Of a stretch of DNA of 64,000 bases, positions 27,830 through 37,014 are shown one piece after another. Under the pieces are notes generated by a model. It saw only the letters and a program-made list of their open reading frames with translations. It made no database searches and was not told the origin of the DNA. Both the position numbers and the translations under genes were made by a program. Where the stretch lies: NCBI GenBank assembly GCA_014382245.1, contig JACNKC010000057.1:174-64173 (forward strand). The letters run 5' to 3'. The DNA is from Pseudomonadota bacterium. GTDB taxonomy: Bacteria > Desulfobacterota > Binatia > UBA1149. Position 1 is the first letter of the stretch. The number at the start of each line of letters is the position of its first letter.

Positions 27830-28854
27830 GGAATCAGCGCCAGGCGGATGGGCGAGTTTCGGCGAGAGTCGAGGTCGGCGAAGGCCGAGGCGGCGTCCTC
27901 GAGCGGGTAGCGTTCGGTTATCGATCGCGAAAGATCCAGCGTGCCCGCCGCCGCCATCTCTACCACGCGGTCAAGTTCGGTACGGGTGTAGCCCATCGAG
28001 CCGGTGATCGAGATCTCCTTGCCTATGAACGAGACCAGCGGTGGCAGGCGAGGGCGGTCGATGCCCACGCCGCCGAGCACCACGCGGCCGCTTCTTGCCA
28101 CGCAACGCAAGGCCAGCGAAACGGTGGCTTCGCCGCCTACGAATTCGATCACGCAGGCCGGTCCCTCGCCGCCCGCTGCCCTGCGAACCTGCCGATGGGC
28201 GTCGTCGGCGCGACCGTCCACGCAGACATTGGCACCGGCAGCGCGCGCTTTTTCCAGCGCGCCTTCGCTGGCGTCGATCGCTACCACGGTGCCTGCTCCC
28301 AGTATGCGAGCGAGCAACAAAACGTGGTAGCCAACGCCGCCGCAGCCTATTACGGCCAGGCTCTCGCCAGGCTGCAAGGCGCCGCGCGTAGCAACGGCGT
28401 GGTAGGCAGTGGCCACCGCGTCGGCCAGTATGGCCCCGTGTTCAAAGGGGAGGGTGTCGGGCAGCGGCAGCGTGCAGGAGGCCGAAGCGACTACGCGCTG
28501 AGCAAAAGTACCGTCGCGTGCCATGCCGAAAATCTGCGCGCTCGCGCACAGGCCCAGGTGCCCGTCAAGGCAGGGACCGCACTCGCCGCAGGTCTCGCTG
28601 GGCAACAACAACACGCGGTCGCCCACCGTGCGGTCGGTAACCCCGTCGCCGACCGCGGACACGACGCCGGCACCCTCGTGTCCCATGACTACCGGAAGGC
28701 CAGGCAGCGGTAAACGGCCGTGCACGGCGTGCAGGTCGGTGCCACACACGCCGGCGGCTTTTATATCTACGAGCACTTCGCCCGGGCCAGCGACGGGCTC
28801 GTCTACTTCTTCTACTTCGACCCTGTTTTCCGGGTGCAGTCTTACCGCTTTCAT
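27826..28854 (-). CDS. Zinc-dependent alcohol dehydrogenase (MDR family)
   Basis: Catalytic zinc motif GVCGTDLHAVHG, the MGHEGAGVV region, a structural-zinc Cys cluster (CGECGPC) and the Rossmann GCGGVG. Confidence 0.85.
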   Translation of the reverse strand: MKAVRLHPENRVEVEEVDEPVAGPGEVLVDIKAAGVCGTDLHAVHGRLPLPGLPVVMGHEGAGVVSAVGDGVTDRTVGDRVLLLPSETCGECGPCLDGHLGLCASAQIFGMARDGTFAQRVVASASCTLPLPDTLPFEHGAILADAVATAYHAVATRGALQPGESLAVIGCGGVGYHVLLLARILGAGTVVAIDASEGALEKARAAGANVCVDGRADDAHRQVRRAAGGEGPACVIEFVGGEATVSLALRCVARSGRVVLGGVGIDRPRLPPLVSFIGKEISITGSMGYTRTELDRVVEMAAAGTLDLSRSITERYPLEDAASAFADLDSRRNSPIRLALIP

Positions 28855-28877
28855 GTTCCTGTCTCCGCTGCCTGTTT

Positions 28878-30455
28878 TTACTCGGCGCCGTGTACGCCGC
28901 CTTCGGCGTTCTTCCAGTGGGGCTCGCGCAGGGCACGGCGCATGATCTTGCCGACCGGTGTCCTGGGAAGTTCGTCCATGATGTCGATTGCCTTGGGTAC
29001 CTTGAATCGCGCGAGACGCTCCTTGCAGAAGGCCAGAAGCTCTGCCTCGCTGGCGCTGGCCCCGGGCCTCAGCGAAACGGCAGCACGTATGGCCTCACCC
29101 CACTTGGGGTCCGGTATCGCGAAGACCGCGCAGTCGGCTACCGCGGGGTGCTCGGCGAGCTCACTCTCTACTTCGGCGGGGTATACGTTGAAGCCACCGG
29201 TTATGATCTTGTCTTCCTTGCGGTCGTCCAGGTAAAGGTAGCCACGTTGGTCGGTGTGTCCGAGGTCACCGGTGTAAAGCCAGCCGTTGCGGAGGCGGGC
29301 CTCGTCGAGTTCCGGGCGTTTCCAGAAACCCGGTGTCGTCCACGGCGCACTTACGCAGATCTCGCCGGTTTCGCCCACTTCCGCTTCCGCACCCGACTCG
29401 TCAACCACGCGCACCTGCGCGAAGGCCGGCCGCTCGCGTCCCACCGACCTGAGCCACTCGCCTTCCTGTTCGAGTGCCGCCGCGTGCTCGTCGGGGCCCA
29501 TGAAGGTGTTGAGTGCGTAGGCTTCGGTTTGTCCGAAGCCGGTGTAGAGCACGGGCCCCACGCGTTCGAAGGCGCGCTTGACCAGCGCCGGTGCCGCCGG
29601 CGCAGCGGCGTATACTATCGCCCGCAGGCTCGAAAGGTCGGCCTGCTCGGCGCCCGGGTGGTCGAGCAGCATGCGCAGCAGGGTGGGAATGATGAGCACC
29701 ATCGTTACCCGGTGTTTCTCGATGGCGGCTATCATCTCTTCGAGGTCGGGGGTGGGCAGGATGACCAGGGTAGCGCCACCCATCCAGCAGGTGTCCATGG
29801 CGCGGCCGCCGAAGTGGCTCAGGGCCAGCTGTCCGAGCAAGCGGTCGTCGGGGTTGACGTCGAAGCTGGTCTGCCAGGAACTCATGGCCGCGGCCACGCT
29901 TCCGTAACTGTGGGTCACTCCCTTGGGGTGGCCGGTGGTGCCCGAGGTATACAGTATCTGCGCGAGCGACGTTGCCGGGCGGTCCAGCGAGGGACGTTCG
30001 AAGGTTTCCTTGTTGGCCAGGGCCGACAGGTCGTGATCGGCCGCAGTGCTGGCGCCCGCGGTCGCATCGCCGGCCACCGATAGAACCGACGCTCCCCCGG
30101 CGGCCGCCCGTGCCCGCTCCACCCCCCTGGCCGACAGGCCGACCACGAAACTGGCCTCGGAGTCGTTGACCATGAAAGAGTGCTCGCTTTCGGTGAGCGC
30201 GCCCAGCAGCGGGACGATAGCTCCACCTGCGCGCGCGATGGCGATCACCGTCCGCACGTACTCTATCGTGTTCTCCTGCACCAGTGCCACGCGCTGGCCG
30301 GGTTCGAGCCCCAGGCCGATCAGTGCGCGCGAAAGTTGGGTGGCGCGTTCGTCGAGCTCGCGGTAGTCCACGCGGCGGTCGCCGTCGATGACGGCGGTTT
30401 GCTCGGGCCAGCTTCGCGCGGCGCGGGCTGGGTAATGGGAGTAGGGCGCTATCAC
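28878..30455 (-). CDS. AMP-dependent synthetase/ligase (acyl-CoA synthetase)
   Basis: AMP-binding motif I LYTSGTTGHPKGV, motif II YTGD and a C-terminal Lys region (PRTPVGKIMR). Confidence 0.85.
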   Translation of the reverse strand: MIAPYSHYPARAARSWPEQTAVIDGDRRVDYRELDERATQLSRALIGLGLEPGQRVALVQENTIEYVRTVIAIARAGGAIVPLLGALTESEHSFMVNDSEASFVVGLSARGVERARAAAGGASVLSVAGDATAGASTAADHDLSALANKETFERPSLDRPATSLAQILYTSGTTGHPKGVTHSYGSVAAAMSSWQTSFDVNPDDRLLGQLALSHFGGRAMDTCWMGGATLVILPTPDLEEMIAAIEKHRVTMVLIIPTLLRMLLDHPGAEQADLSSLRAIVYAAAPAAPALVKRAFERVGPVLYTGFGQTEAYALNTFMGPDEHAAALEQEGEWLRSVGRERPAFAQVRVVDESGAEAEVGETGEICVSAPWTTPGFWKRPELDEARLRNGWLYTGDLGHTDQRGYLYLDDRKEDKIITGGFNVYPAEVESELAEHPAVADCAVFAIPDPKWGEAIRAAVSLRPGASASEAELLAFCKERLARFKVPKAIDIMDELPRTPVGKIMRRALREPHWKNAEGGVHGAE

Positions 30456-31336
30456 TTGTTCCTGCCGCCTCCCTTGCCGCGGCCCGTAGGAGCAGCGCCA
30501 CCGGGCAGCTCCCTGTCGGCCGGGCCCGTGTAACTCGCGCCCAGTTCGGGCGTGATGATGCGCAGTGGCACGCCGTCGCGTATTTCTTCGACCACGTGGG
30601 CGAGCAGCGCCATGCCGTAACTGAGTGCGCCCAGGCCACCGGTCATCAGCGGATCAAAGCCGAGGTCTGACAGTACGGCGCCCAGCGCACCGGCAAGGTT
30701 TATGGGGATGAGCCTGCCCTTGCGCCGTGCCATTTCTTCTTCCACCGCGTCGAGCAGTTGCCCGTGCTCGTTCCAACCACCCAGCTCGCCCGCCAGCCGC
30801 CTGAGGGCCAGGACCCTGGGCTCGCCTTGCTTGTGCACGGGATGGCCCAGTCCGGGTACAGCGCCTCGGCGTTCGATCCAGGTGTCGATCAACTGCGCCG
30901 CGGCAGCCGCCGGTTCGAGCTCCAGGGCTACGCCTTCGATGAGCATCTCGGCGGGTTCCTGGGGTGAGCCGGTGACTGATCCACTGGCCAGCATGCCGCT
31001 CGCCAGCGCCGGTACGGGCGAATCGGGGGTGGCCGAGGCCGTGTAGCGAGCCGCGCAGGCCGCCGAGTTTATGAACTGCTGGTCCATGCCGCTGCGCAGC
31101 ACGAGGTCGAACAGGGCGGTTTCGCGTTCGTCGGCCAGCTCACCCCTGAGCAGCAGCCACGCGCTCTCGGTGTAAGACAGCCGCTCGATGAGTTCTTCTA
31201 TGCGGTAACCCCTCACTCGTATGTTGCCCTGCTCGGCACGGCTGATCGAAGTGCTCCAGTAGTCGCTCCAGTCGCCCGATGCCACGTACTGGCCGACGTG
31301 TCGTTTTGGTTTTTTGCCGCTTTTACCGTTGCCCAT
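30452..31336 (-). CDS. Citrate-synthase-family protein, short form (citryl-CoA lyase-like)
   Basis: GLGHPVHKQGEPR resembles the citrate synthase catalytic-His motif (GHRVYK..DPR). At about 290 aa it lacks the large N-terminal domain, as in citryl-CoA lyase-like proteins. Overlaps the CoA-ligase gene by 4 nt. Confidence 0.55.
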   Translation of the reverse strand: MGNGKSGKKPKRHVGQYVASGDWSDYWSTSISRAEQGNIRVRGYRIEELIERLSYTESAWLLLRGELADERETALFDLVLRSGMDQQFINSAACAARYTASATPDSPVPALASGMLASGSVTGSPQEPAEMLIEGVALELEPAAAAAQLIDTWIERRGAVPGLGHPVHKQGEPRVLALRRLAGELGGWNEHGQLLDAVEEEMARRKGRLIPINLAGALGAVLSDLGFDPLMTGGLGALSYGMALLAHVVEEIRDGVPLRIITPELGASYTGPADRELPGGAAPTGRGKGGGRNK

Positions 31337-31357
31337 GTTGGTCTCTCCCGCTGCCGG

Positions 31358-32149
31358 TTATCTGCCCTTGAAAACGGGTTTACGTTTATCGAGAAAAGCC
31401 CGCGGTCCTTCCTGCGCGTCTTCGCTCTGCCGCACGGGTTCGGCCAGCAGTTGCTCCAGGCGCAGGCCTTCTTCCAGGGGAAGGTCGAGCCCACGCAACA
31501 CCGCCGCCCGCGCGGCCTGTACGGCCAACGGCGCGTTGGCGGCTACGAGTCCGGCCAGCTCGGTGGCCTGTTCGAGCAGGTCGGCGGCATCCACCACGCG
31601 GCTCACCAGTCCTACCCGCAGCGCTTCTTCGGCGTCCAGGCGTCGCCCGCTCATGATCATGTCCAGGGCGACCGACGGTCCTACCAGCCGCGGCAGGCGC
31701 TGGGTGCCGCCGGCGCCTGGTATGAGCCCGTGCGTGACCTCGGGCAGGCCGAAGCTGGCCGTGTCGGCGGCCAGGCGAATGTCGCAGGACAACGCGAGCT
31801 CGAGCCCACCGGCCAGGCAGGCCCCGTTTATCGCGGCGATGATGGGTTTCTCGATTCGCATGTTACGCGTCAGTCCGCCCAAGCCGGGCTGTTGCTCTGA
31901 GCGGCGCAGTCGTTCGGTCGGGCCCAGGTTCCGGTAGAACTCGCCCACGCCCCTCATGTCGGCGCCCGAGCAGAAGGCCTTGTCGCCGGCCCCCGTGAGC
32001 ACGGCTACGCGCAGGTCCGGGTCGTCGTTGAAGCGTCGCCAGGTAGCCACCAGCTCGTCGCTGGCATCGAAGTCGAGCGCGTTGCGCACTTCGGGGCGGT
32101 CGATCGTGACAAGCGCCACGCCGCCTGTTGTTTCAAAGAGTATGCTCAT
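31358..32149 (-). CDS. Enoyl-CoA hydratase/isomerase (crotonase family)
   Basis: ALVTIDRPEVRNAL, AINGACLAGGLELALSCDIRLA and the oxyanion-hole residues are typical of the crotonase fold. Confidence 0.85.
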   Translation of the reverse strand: MSILFETTGGVALVTIDRPEVRNALDFDASDELVATWRRFNDDPDLRVAVLTGAGDKAFCSGADMRGVGEFYRNLGPTERLRRSEQQPGLGGLTRNMRIEKPIIAAINGACLAGGLELALSCDIRLAADTASFGLPEVTHGLIPGAGGTQRLPRLVGPSVALDMIMSGRRLDAEEALRVGLVSRVVDAADLLEQATELAGLVAANAPLAVQAARAAVLRGLDLPLEEGLRLEQLLAEPVRQSEDAQEGPRAFLDKRKPVFKGR

Positions 32150-32607
32150 GTCTTTTTCCCCGTGCTGGCCTCGCTTGTGCCGGTGGTTCCTCCGCTGGTC
32201 GGTTCGAAGCGGGGAATTTTCCGGTCGCCCGCCTGTTCAAACACCAGCTGCACTCTCATGCCGGTGCGCACTGCGTCGGAATCGAGCCCCGTTACGTTCG
32301 ATACCATGCGCGGGCCCTCGTCCAACTCTATGACCGCCACGACGTAGGGCGGTGGTATCGCGGGGTGGTAGCCGTGGCGGTAGACGGTGTACGTCACGAC
32401 CTGTCCGCGGCCGCTCGCCGCGTGCTGGTCGATATAGCTTGACCAGCAGCGCGGACAGCAGGGGCCGGGGGGCAGGAAGTAGTGCCCGCAGTCGCGGCAG
32501 TGCGTCATCATCAGCGATCCGTGTTGGCAGGCTTCCCAGAACGACGCCGTCAGTTGGTCATCTGCGGGCGCGGGGTGCGCGGTTTTCGTGGCTGCCTTTT
32601 CCTCCAT
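32146..32607 (-). CDS. DUF35 OB-fold/zinc-ribbon protein (thiolase partner)
   Basis: Zn-ribbon Cys pairs CRDCGHYFLPPGPCCPRC followed by an OB-fold region. It is 4-nt coupled between the crotonase and SCPx-type thiolase, the canonical DUF35 context. Confidence 0.75.
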   Translation of the reverse strand: MEEKAATKTAHPAPADDQLTASFWEACQHGSLMMTHCRDCGHYFLPPGPCCPRCWSSYIDQHAASGRGQVVTYTVYRHGYHPAIPPPYVVAVIELDEGPRMVSNVTGLDSDAVRTGMRVQLVFEQAGDRKIPRFEPTSGGTTGTSEASTGKKT

Positions 32608-33746
32608 CAGCGATCTGCTCCCAGCAGAAGTCCGGTGTGTGTGTTCATGCCGAGTCCGTGGCCCGAAACCAGGGCCACGCTCGCGTCAGCTACCTGTCGC
32701 TCACCGGCCTCGCCTCGCAACTGCCGCACGGCCTCGATTACGTGCATCATGCCGCCGCCGTAGCACTCGGCCAGCAGGCCGCCGCTGGTATTCACCGGCA
32801 GGCGGCCGCCGGGAGCGATGCCGCCGTTTTCTACGAACGAACCTGCCTCGCCGCGTGCGCAGAACCCGTAGTCTTCCAACTGCATGAGCAGAACTATGCT
32901 GAAGCAGTCGTACAACAGCGCGAGGTCGACGTCCGACGGCTCGAGGCCCGCCCGCTCGAACAAGCGTGGCGCAGAGCGCGCGGCGGGCAGTTGGTCAAAG
33001 TGCGTGCCATTGCCCATGGTCTGAAGGCTGTGGGCCTGGGCCTGCGAAAGCACGCGCACGGTACTTCGTTCGAGTCGCGCGGCGCGTTCGGCCGACAGCA
33101 CGAGCACGGCGGCCGCACCGTCAGACACCATGCAACAGTCCAACGCCCGCAGCGGTTCGGCCACCGGCTTGCTAGCCAGGTAATCGTCCATGCTGAGCAA
33201 CTCCCTCTTCAGGGCATGGGGCGTGAGCGCTGCGTGGGCGCGTGCGGCCAGCACCACTTCGCCCAGCTGTTCGGGCCGGGTACCGTAGTTATGCGCGTGG
33301 CGGCGCGCGGCCAACGCGTGCATTCCCACTGCACCGAAAAACCCGAAAACCGCGTCGTCGCCGCGGCCGTAGCCGAAGGCGGCGGGCTGCGACAGTGGGC
33401 TGTCTCCATACACGCACAGGCAGGCCGAGCACAGGCCGGCCTCAACGGCCAGCACCGCGCGGCCCACTATGCCCACGCTACCGGCTCCGCCCAGGATCTC
33501 GGAGCCGGCGTAGTCCGGGTCCAGCCCGAGCTGGGCCCCGAGGCGCAAAAAATGCGGAGTTATCCCGTCCAGTATTCCCTGCGCGGGCCCCGGATCGGTA
33601 AGCAGGCCGTCAACGTCGCCGGGCTCCAGCCCGGCATCGGCCACCGCCGCCCTCGCCGCGGTGGTTTCGAGCTGCCACGGTGTGAGGCCGGGCAGGCGGC
33701 CGAATTCGCTGTGCCCCACGCCTGCTATGACCGCGCCTCTGCTCAA
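32607..33746 (-). CDS. Thiolase-fold SCP-x/lipid-transfer-protein-type ketoacyl-CoA thiolase
   Basis: Thiolase-like fold with GAVIAGVGHSEFGRL N-terminus, typical of non-condensing SCPx thiolases paired with DUF35. Start assigned to TTG at 33746, overlapping the ACAD stop (TTGA); the ORF finder extension upstream is Arg-rich low complexity. Confidence 0.7.
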   Translation of the reverse strand: MSRGAVIAGVGHSEFGRLPGLTPWQLETTAARAAVADAGLEPGDVDGLLTDPGPAQGILDGITPHFLRLGAQLGLDPDYAGSEILGGAGSVGIVGRAVLAVEAGLCSACLCVYGDSPLSQPAAFGYGRGDDAVFGFFGAVGMHALAARRHAHNYGTRPEQLGEVVLAARAHAALTPHALKRELLSMDDYLASKPVAEPLRALDCCMVSDGAAAVLVLSAERAARLERSTVRVLSQAQAHSLQTMGNGTHFDQLPAARSAPRLFERAGLEPSDVDLALLYDCFSIVLLMQLEDYGFCARGEAGSFVENGGIAPGGRLPVNTSGGLLAECYGGGMMHVIEAVRQLRGEAGERQVADASVALVSGHGLGMNTHTGLLLGADR

Positions 33747-34900
33747 GCGACCCCCGCCGGCATGCGTCGCTTGGCAATTATTTCGCGCATGATCTCGCTC
33801 GTGCCCGCTCCCACTCCCCAGTTCTGAACGCCGCGGGCGCAGCGGGCCACGTAGTTTTCTTTCATGAAGCCGTAGCCACCGTGGGCCTGGGCGCATTCGA
33901 GCACGAGGTCGCGCGTGAGTTCAGCGCCGTAAAGCTTGGCCATGCTCACGGTGGTTTCTCCCTGCGGATCTCCCTCGCAGAGTTCTTCGGCGGCGCGGTA
34001 ACTGAGCAGCTCGGAGGCTTCGAGTCGGGTCATGAGATCGGCCATGCGGTGGCGCCACACCTGCATCGAGGCCAGCGGACGACCGAAGGCCTTGCGCTGG
34101 GCCATGTAGTCAAGCGTTTCTTCGAGTACGTCACGGCACAGCGAGTTCATCATTGCCGACAGCACCAGGCGTTCCCCCTGGAAGGCCTGCATGATGTAGC
34201 CGAAGCCCGCGCCTTCTTCGCCCACGAGGTAGCGCCGCGGAACGCGCACGTTGTCGAAGAACAGCTCGGCGGTGTCGCCCGAGTGCAGGTCCACTTTTTC
34301 CAGCGGGCTGCCGACCTGGTAGCCCGGCGAGTCGGTGGGGCACACCAGTATGCTCACTCCGCGCGGGCCCGGGCCGCCGGTGCGCACGGCGAGGGTAACG
34401 AAGTCGGCGCGTACGCCGTTGGATATGAAGATCTTCGATCCGTTTATGATGTAGTCGTCGCCGTCGGCGACCGCAGAGGTAGTGAGGGCCGCCACGTCAG
34501 AGCCGCCGCCGGGCTCGGAAACGCCCAGCGCAGCTATTTTTTCGCCCTTGATGGCGGGCAGGAGCCACTGGTCGCGCAGCTGGTCGCTGCCGTGCGCGTG
34601 GATTATCCCCGTGGCCATTTCGCACTGCACGAGCAGGCCCACCACGCTACCCATGTCGCGGCCACGGGCCAGTTCTTCGACCAGGATCACCGTGTACCAG
34701 TAGTCCAGTTCGCTGCCGCCCCAGCGCGCGGAGTAGCGCACTCCGAGCAATCCCAGGTCGCCGGCCTTGCGAATCAGCTCGTCTGGAAAACGGCCTTGCT
34801 GTTGCCACTGCTCGGCGTTGGGCAGGATCTCGTCGCGCGTGAATCGTCGCACCGTTTGCCTGAATGCCTCGTGTTCTTCGGTCCACCGGGGAAAACTCAT
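33743..34900 (-). CDS. Acyl-CoA dehydrogenase
   Basis: 385 aa. N-terminal MSFPRWTEEHEAFRQTVRRFTRDEILPNAEQW and C-terminal AQAHGGYGFMKENYVARCARGVQNWGVGAGTSEIMREIIAKR match the ACAD N- and C-domain patterns. Confidence 0.85.
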   Translation of the reverse strand: MSFPRWTEEHEAFRQTVRRFTRDEILPNAEQWQQQGRFPDELIRKAGDLGLLGVRYSARWGGSELDYWYTVILVEELARGRDMGSVVGLLVQCEMATGIIHAHGSDQLRDQWLLPAIKGEKIAALGVSEPGGGSDVAALTTSAVADGDDYIINGSKIFISNGVRADFVTLAVRTGGPGPRGVSILVCPTDSPGYQVGSPLEKVDLHSGDTAELFFDNVRVPRRYLVGEEGAGFGYIMQAFQGERLVLSAMMNSLCRDVLEETLDYMAQRKAFGRPLASMQVWRHRMADLMTRLEASELLSYRAAEELCEGDPQGETTVSMAKLYGAELTRDLVLECAQAHGGYGFMKENYVARCARGVQNWGVGAGTSEIMREIIAKRRMPAGVA

Positions 34901-34930
34901 CGTTTGTTCCTCTTGTCCGGGTTGGCTCGC

Positions 34931-35569
34931 CTAGCGCGCTGCCTTGCCGGGTAGCAATATGCCGCGGGCGAAAACGTCGTCCATGAGTGGCAGCATTTCA
35001 TCGAGATCGTAGTCGTGGGTGTCGAGCATCTCGCGTTCAACCAGCACACGGCCGAGGTGGAACATCAGGTAGGCCACCCGCTCGGGGTCAACGCGACGCA
35101 GAACCTTCTGCCTGATGCCTTCTTCGATCACTCGCTGCAACAGGCCGATGATGCGCGATTCCTGGTCACGGGTAAACGCGTGTGCCGCGGTTTCGAGGGT
35201 CATCTCGGGGTCGCCGGCCAGTGCGTGACCGAGTACGTTGTCGCGGCGGTAGTTCTGCCTGGTGAGTTCTACTACGGTGCGCATTTTTTTGCGTGCGCTG
35301 TTTCCGCCGGCGTTGCCGCTCACAATTTTCTCGGCCTTCGCGATGAAGAACTCGGCGTCGCGCTCAAGCAGGCTGATGTAAAGGTCTTCCTTGTTGCGGA
35401 AGTGTGCGTAGAGGGTAGTGCGCGAGCAGCCGGCCTCGCGGGCGATCTCGTCCATGGTGGTCTTGCGCGGCCCGAAGCGCAGAAACCGCCGGTTAGCCGC
35501 TTCGAGTATCGCTTGGCGTGCGCCGGCGGTGTCCGCGCCGGTCCTGCTGCCCGTTCCTGTCGTCGCCAT
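34931..35569 (-). CDS. TetR/AcrR family transcriptional regulator
   Basis: N-terminal HTH RQAILEAANRRFLRFGPRKTTMDEIAREAGCSRTTLYAHFRNKEDLY is the TetR signature. It is divergent from the amidohydrolase-2 gene. Confidence 0.85.
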   Translation of the reverse strand: MATTGTGSRTGADTAGARQAILEAANRRFLRFGPRKTTMDEIAREAGCSRTTLYAHFRNKEDLYISLLERDAEFFIAKAEKIVSGNAGGNSARKKMRTVVELTRQNYRRDNVLGHALAGDPEMTLETAAHAFTRDQESRIIGLLQRVIEEGIRQKVLRRVDPERVAYLMFHLGRVLVEREMLDTHDYDLDEMLPLMDDVFARGILLPGKAAR

Positions 35570-35574
35570 GCCAG

Positions 35575-35610
35575 CAACTTAACATTTGACGTTTGTTTGT
35601 CAAGTTGTTA
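35575..35610. promoter_or_regulatory. Nested inverted repeat (AACTT..TTGACgtttgtttGTCAA..AAGTT) in the TetR/amidohydrolase-2 divergent intergenic region; candidate operator
   Basis: TTGAC at 35586-35590 and GTCAA at 35599-35603, with flanking AACTT/AAGTT arms. Located between TetR (ends 35569) and the amidohydrolase-2 start (35679). Confidence 0.35.
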
Positions 35611-35678
35611 GGGTAGCGTCCGGCTGGAGGCGGTTGGCCACAAGCACCGCCGCAGTGAACGGGGAGAAGAACAACGAC

Positions 35679-36533
35679 ATGGCAGAAAAAGCAGGAGCAA
35701 TTGACGCGTGGGCAACACTGATGCTGCCGGGCAGGTTTGACCGCTGGCCCGAGGAGTTCAAGCACATCTTCCGCCGTTACAGCAGCATAGACCTGTTCGA
35801 AAAGGGTATGACCCCCGAGCAGATGATAGAGCACATGGACGCTGCCGGTGTCGATAAGGTTATGTTCTCGGCCTTTGGCTACGGCGACCTCGAGTTGTTG
35901 AGCAACCAGGAGGTGGCCGAGATATGCGCGAAGTATCCGGATCGCTTCGTAGGCGTGGGCACGGTGGACCCGCGCGGTAAGCCGATGGACGTGGCCCGCG
36001 AAGTTGAAAAACTTGGACGCGAGTACGGCATGAAGGGTGTTCGCCTGGAACCCTACGCCTACGGTGACGGTATGACCGGCGCGCCGCCGAACGGCAAGAT
36101 GTACTGGCCCGTGTACATGAAGTGCGTGGAGCTGGACATGGCCGTGTGCATGCAGGTAGGCCACACCGGCCCGCTGCTGCCATCGGAGGCCGGGCGTCCG
36201 ATCTACATCGACGAGATCGCGCTGTCGTTTCCCGAATTGACCATCGTTGGCTGTCACCTGGGCCAACCGTGGCACGAGGAGATGATGATACTGGCGTGGA
36301 AGCACCCCAACGTTTATGTCGAGACCAGCGCGCGCACGCCCAAGCACTGGCCGCCGTCTTTCGTTGACTTCGTCAAGGGCTGGGGCCGCGACAAGGTGTT
36401 GTGGGCCACCGATTACCCGCTGCTGACCTTTGAGCGCACGCTCAAGGAACTACGCGATCTTGGAATCGACGACGAGATCTACAACAAGGTGGTGCGCGAA
36501 AACTGCGTGCGCGCTTTCAAGCTGGACAAGTGA
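35679..36533 (+). CDS. Amidohydrolase-2 family protein (ACMSD/LigW-like TIM-barrel metal-dependent hydrolase/decarboxylase)
   Basis: DKVMFSAFGYGD...GVRLEPYAYGD...VCMQVGHTG...IVGCHLGQPWHEEMM...WATDYPL are amidohydrolase-2 motifs. Start set at ATG 35679 with a GGGGAGAAG RBS. Confidence 0.75.
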   Translation: MAEKAGAIDAWATLMLPGRFDRWPEEFKHIFRRYSSIDLFEKGMTPEQMIEHMDAAGVDKVMFSAFGYGDLELLSNQEVAEICAKYPDRFVGVGTVDPRGKPMDVAREVEKLGREYGMKGVRLEPYAYGDGMTGAPPNGKMYWPVYMKCVELDMAVCMQVGHTGPLLPSEAGRPIYIDEIALSFPELTIVGCHLGQPWHEEMMILAWKHPNVYVETSARTPKHWPPSFVDFVKGWGRDKVLWATDYPLLTFERTLKELRDLGIDDEIYNKVVRENCVRAFKLDK

Positions 36534-36564
36534 GCAGGGCCCCGCGGAAGAAGAGAGCTTGAGC

Positions 36565-37014
36565 GTGGACGCGGCGGCGATGGGAGCCAACCTGGAGCGT
36601 ATTCCCTTTACGCTGGAGATGGGCCTGGTCATAGAGCGACTGCAGGACGGCGAAACGCACATGCTGCTGCCGGCTGGACGGGGCAATCACAACCTGGTGG
36701 GCACGGTACACGCCGGGGCGGTGTTCACCTTTGCAGAAACCGTGGCCGGCGTAGCTGCCGGTGCCGACACGCTCGAGCACGGGTTTCCCTTCGTGCGCAG
36801 CGCCCGGGTGCGCTACCTGAGACCGGGTGACGGCGAGTTGCACGGGCACGCGAGCGTGGAGGCCGAAGACGTAGCGCGGGTGCTGGCCGAGTTGAGCGAG
36901 TACGGTCGTTCGAGACTCAGCGTGTCAGTCAAGATCGAAGACACCGAAGGGCGGCTGGTGGCCGAGCTCGACGTCGACTACGCCTTCAGACCGATAGCGG
37001 GGGAGAAAAAATGA
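36565..37014 (+). CDS. Hotdog-fold thioesterase (PaaI/YiiD-like)
   Basis: About 150 aa; NLVGTVHAGAVFTFAETVAGVAAG is the PaaI-type thioesterase core. The start is ambiguous between GTG 36565 and ATG 36580. Its stop overlaps the crotonase start. Confidence 0.6.
   Translation: MDAAAMGANLERIPFTLEMGLVIERLQDGETHMLLPAGRGNHNLVGTVHAGAVFTFAETVAGVAAGADTLEHGFPFVRSARVRYLRPGDGELHGHASVEAEDVARVLAELSEYGRSRLSVSVKIEDTEGRLVAELDVDYAFRPIAGEKK

Noticed and set aside
29401-30639. 412-aa overlapping ORF within the acyl-CoA synthetase gene
   Set aside because: Arg/Pro/Gly-rich nonsense translation. The AMP-binding motifs occur in the other frame.
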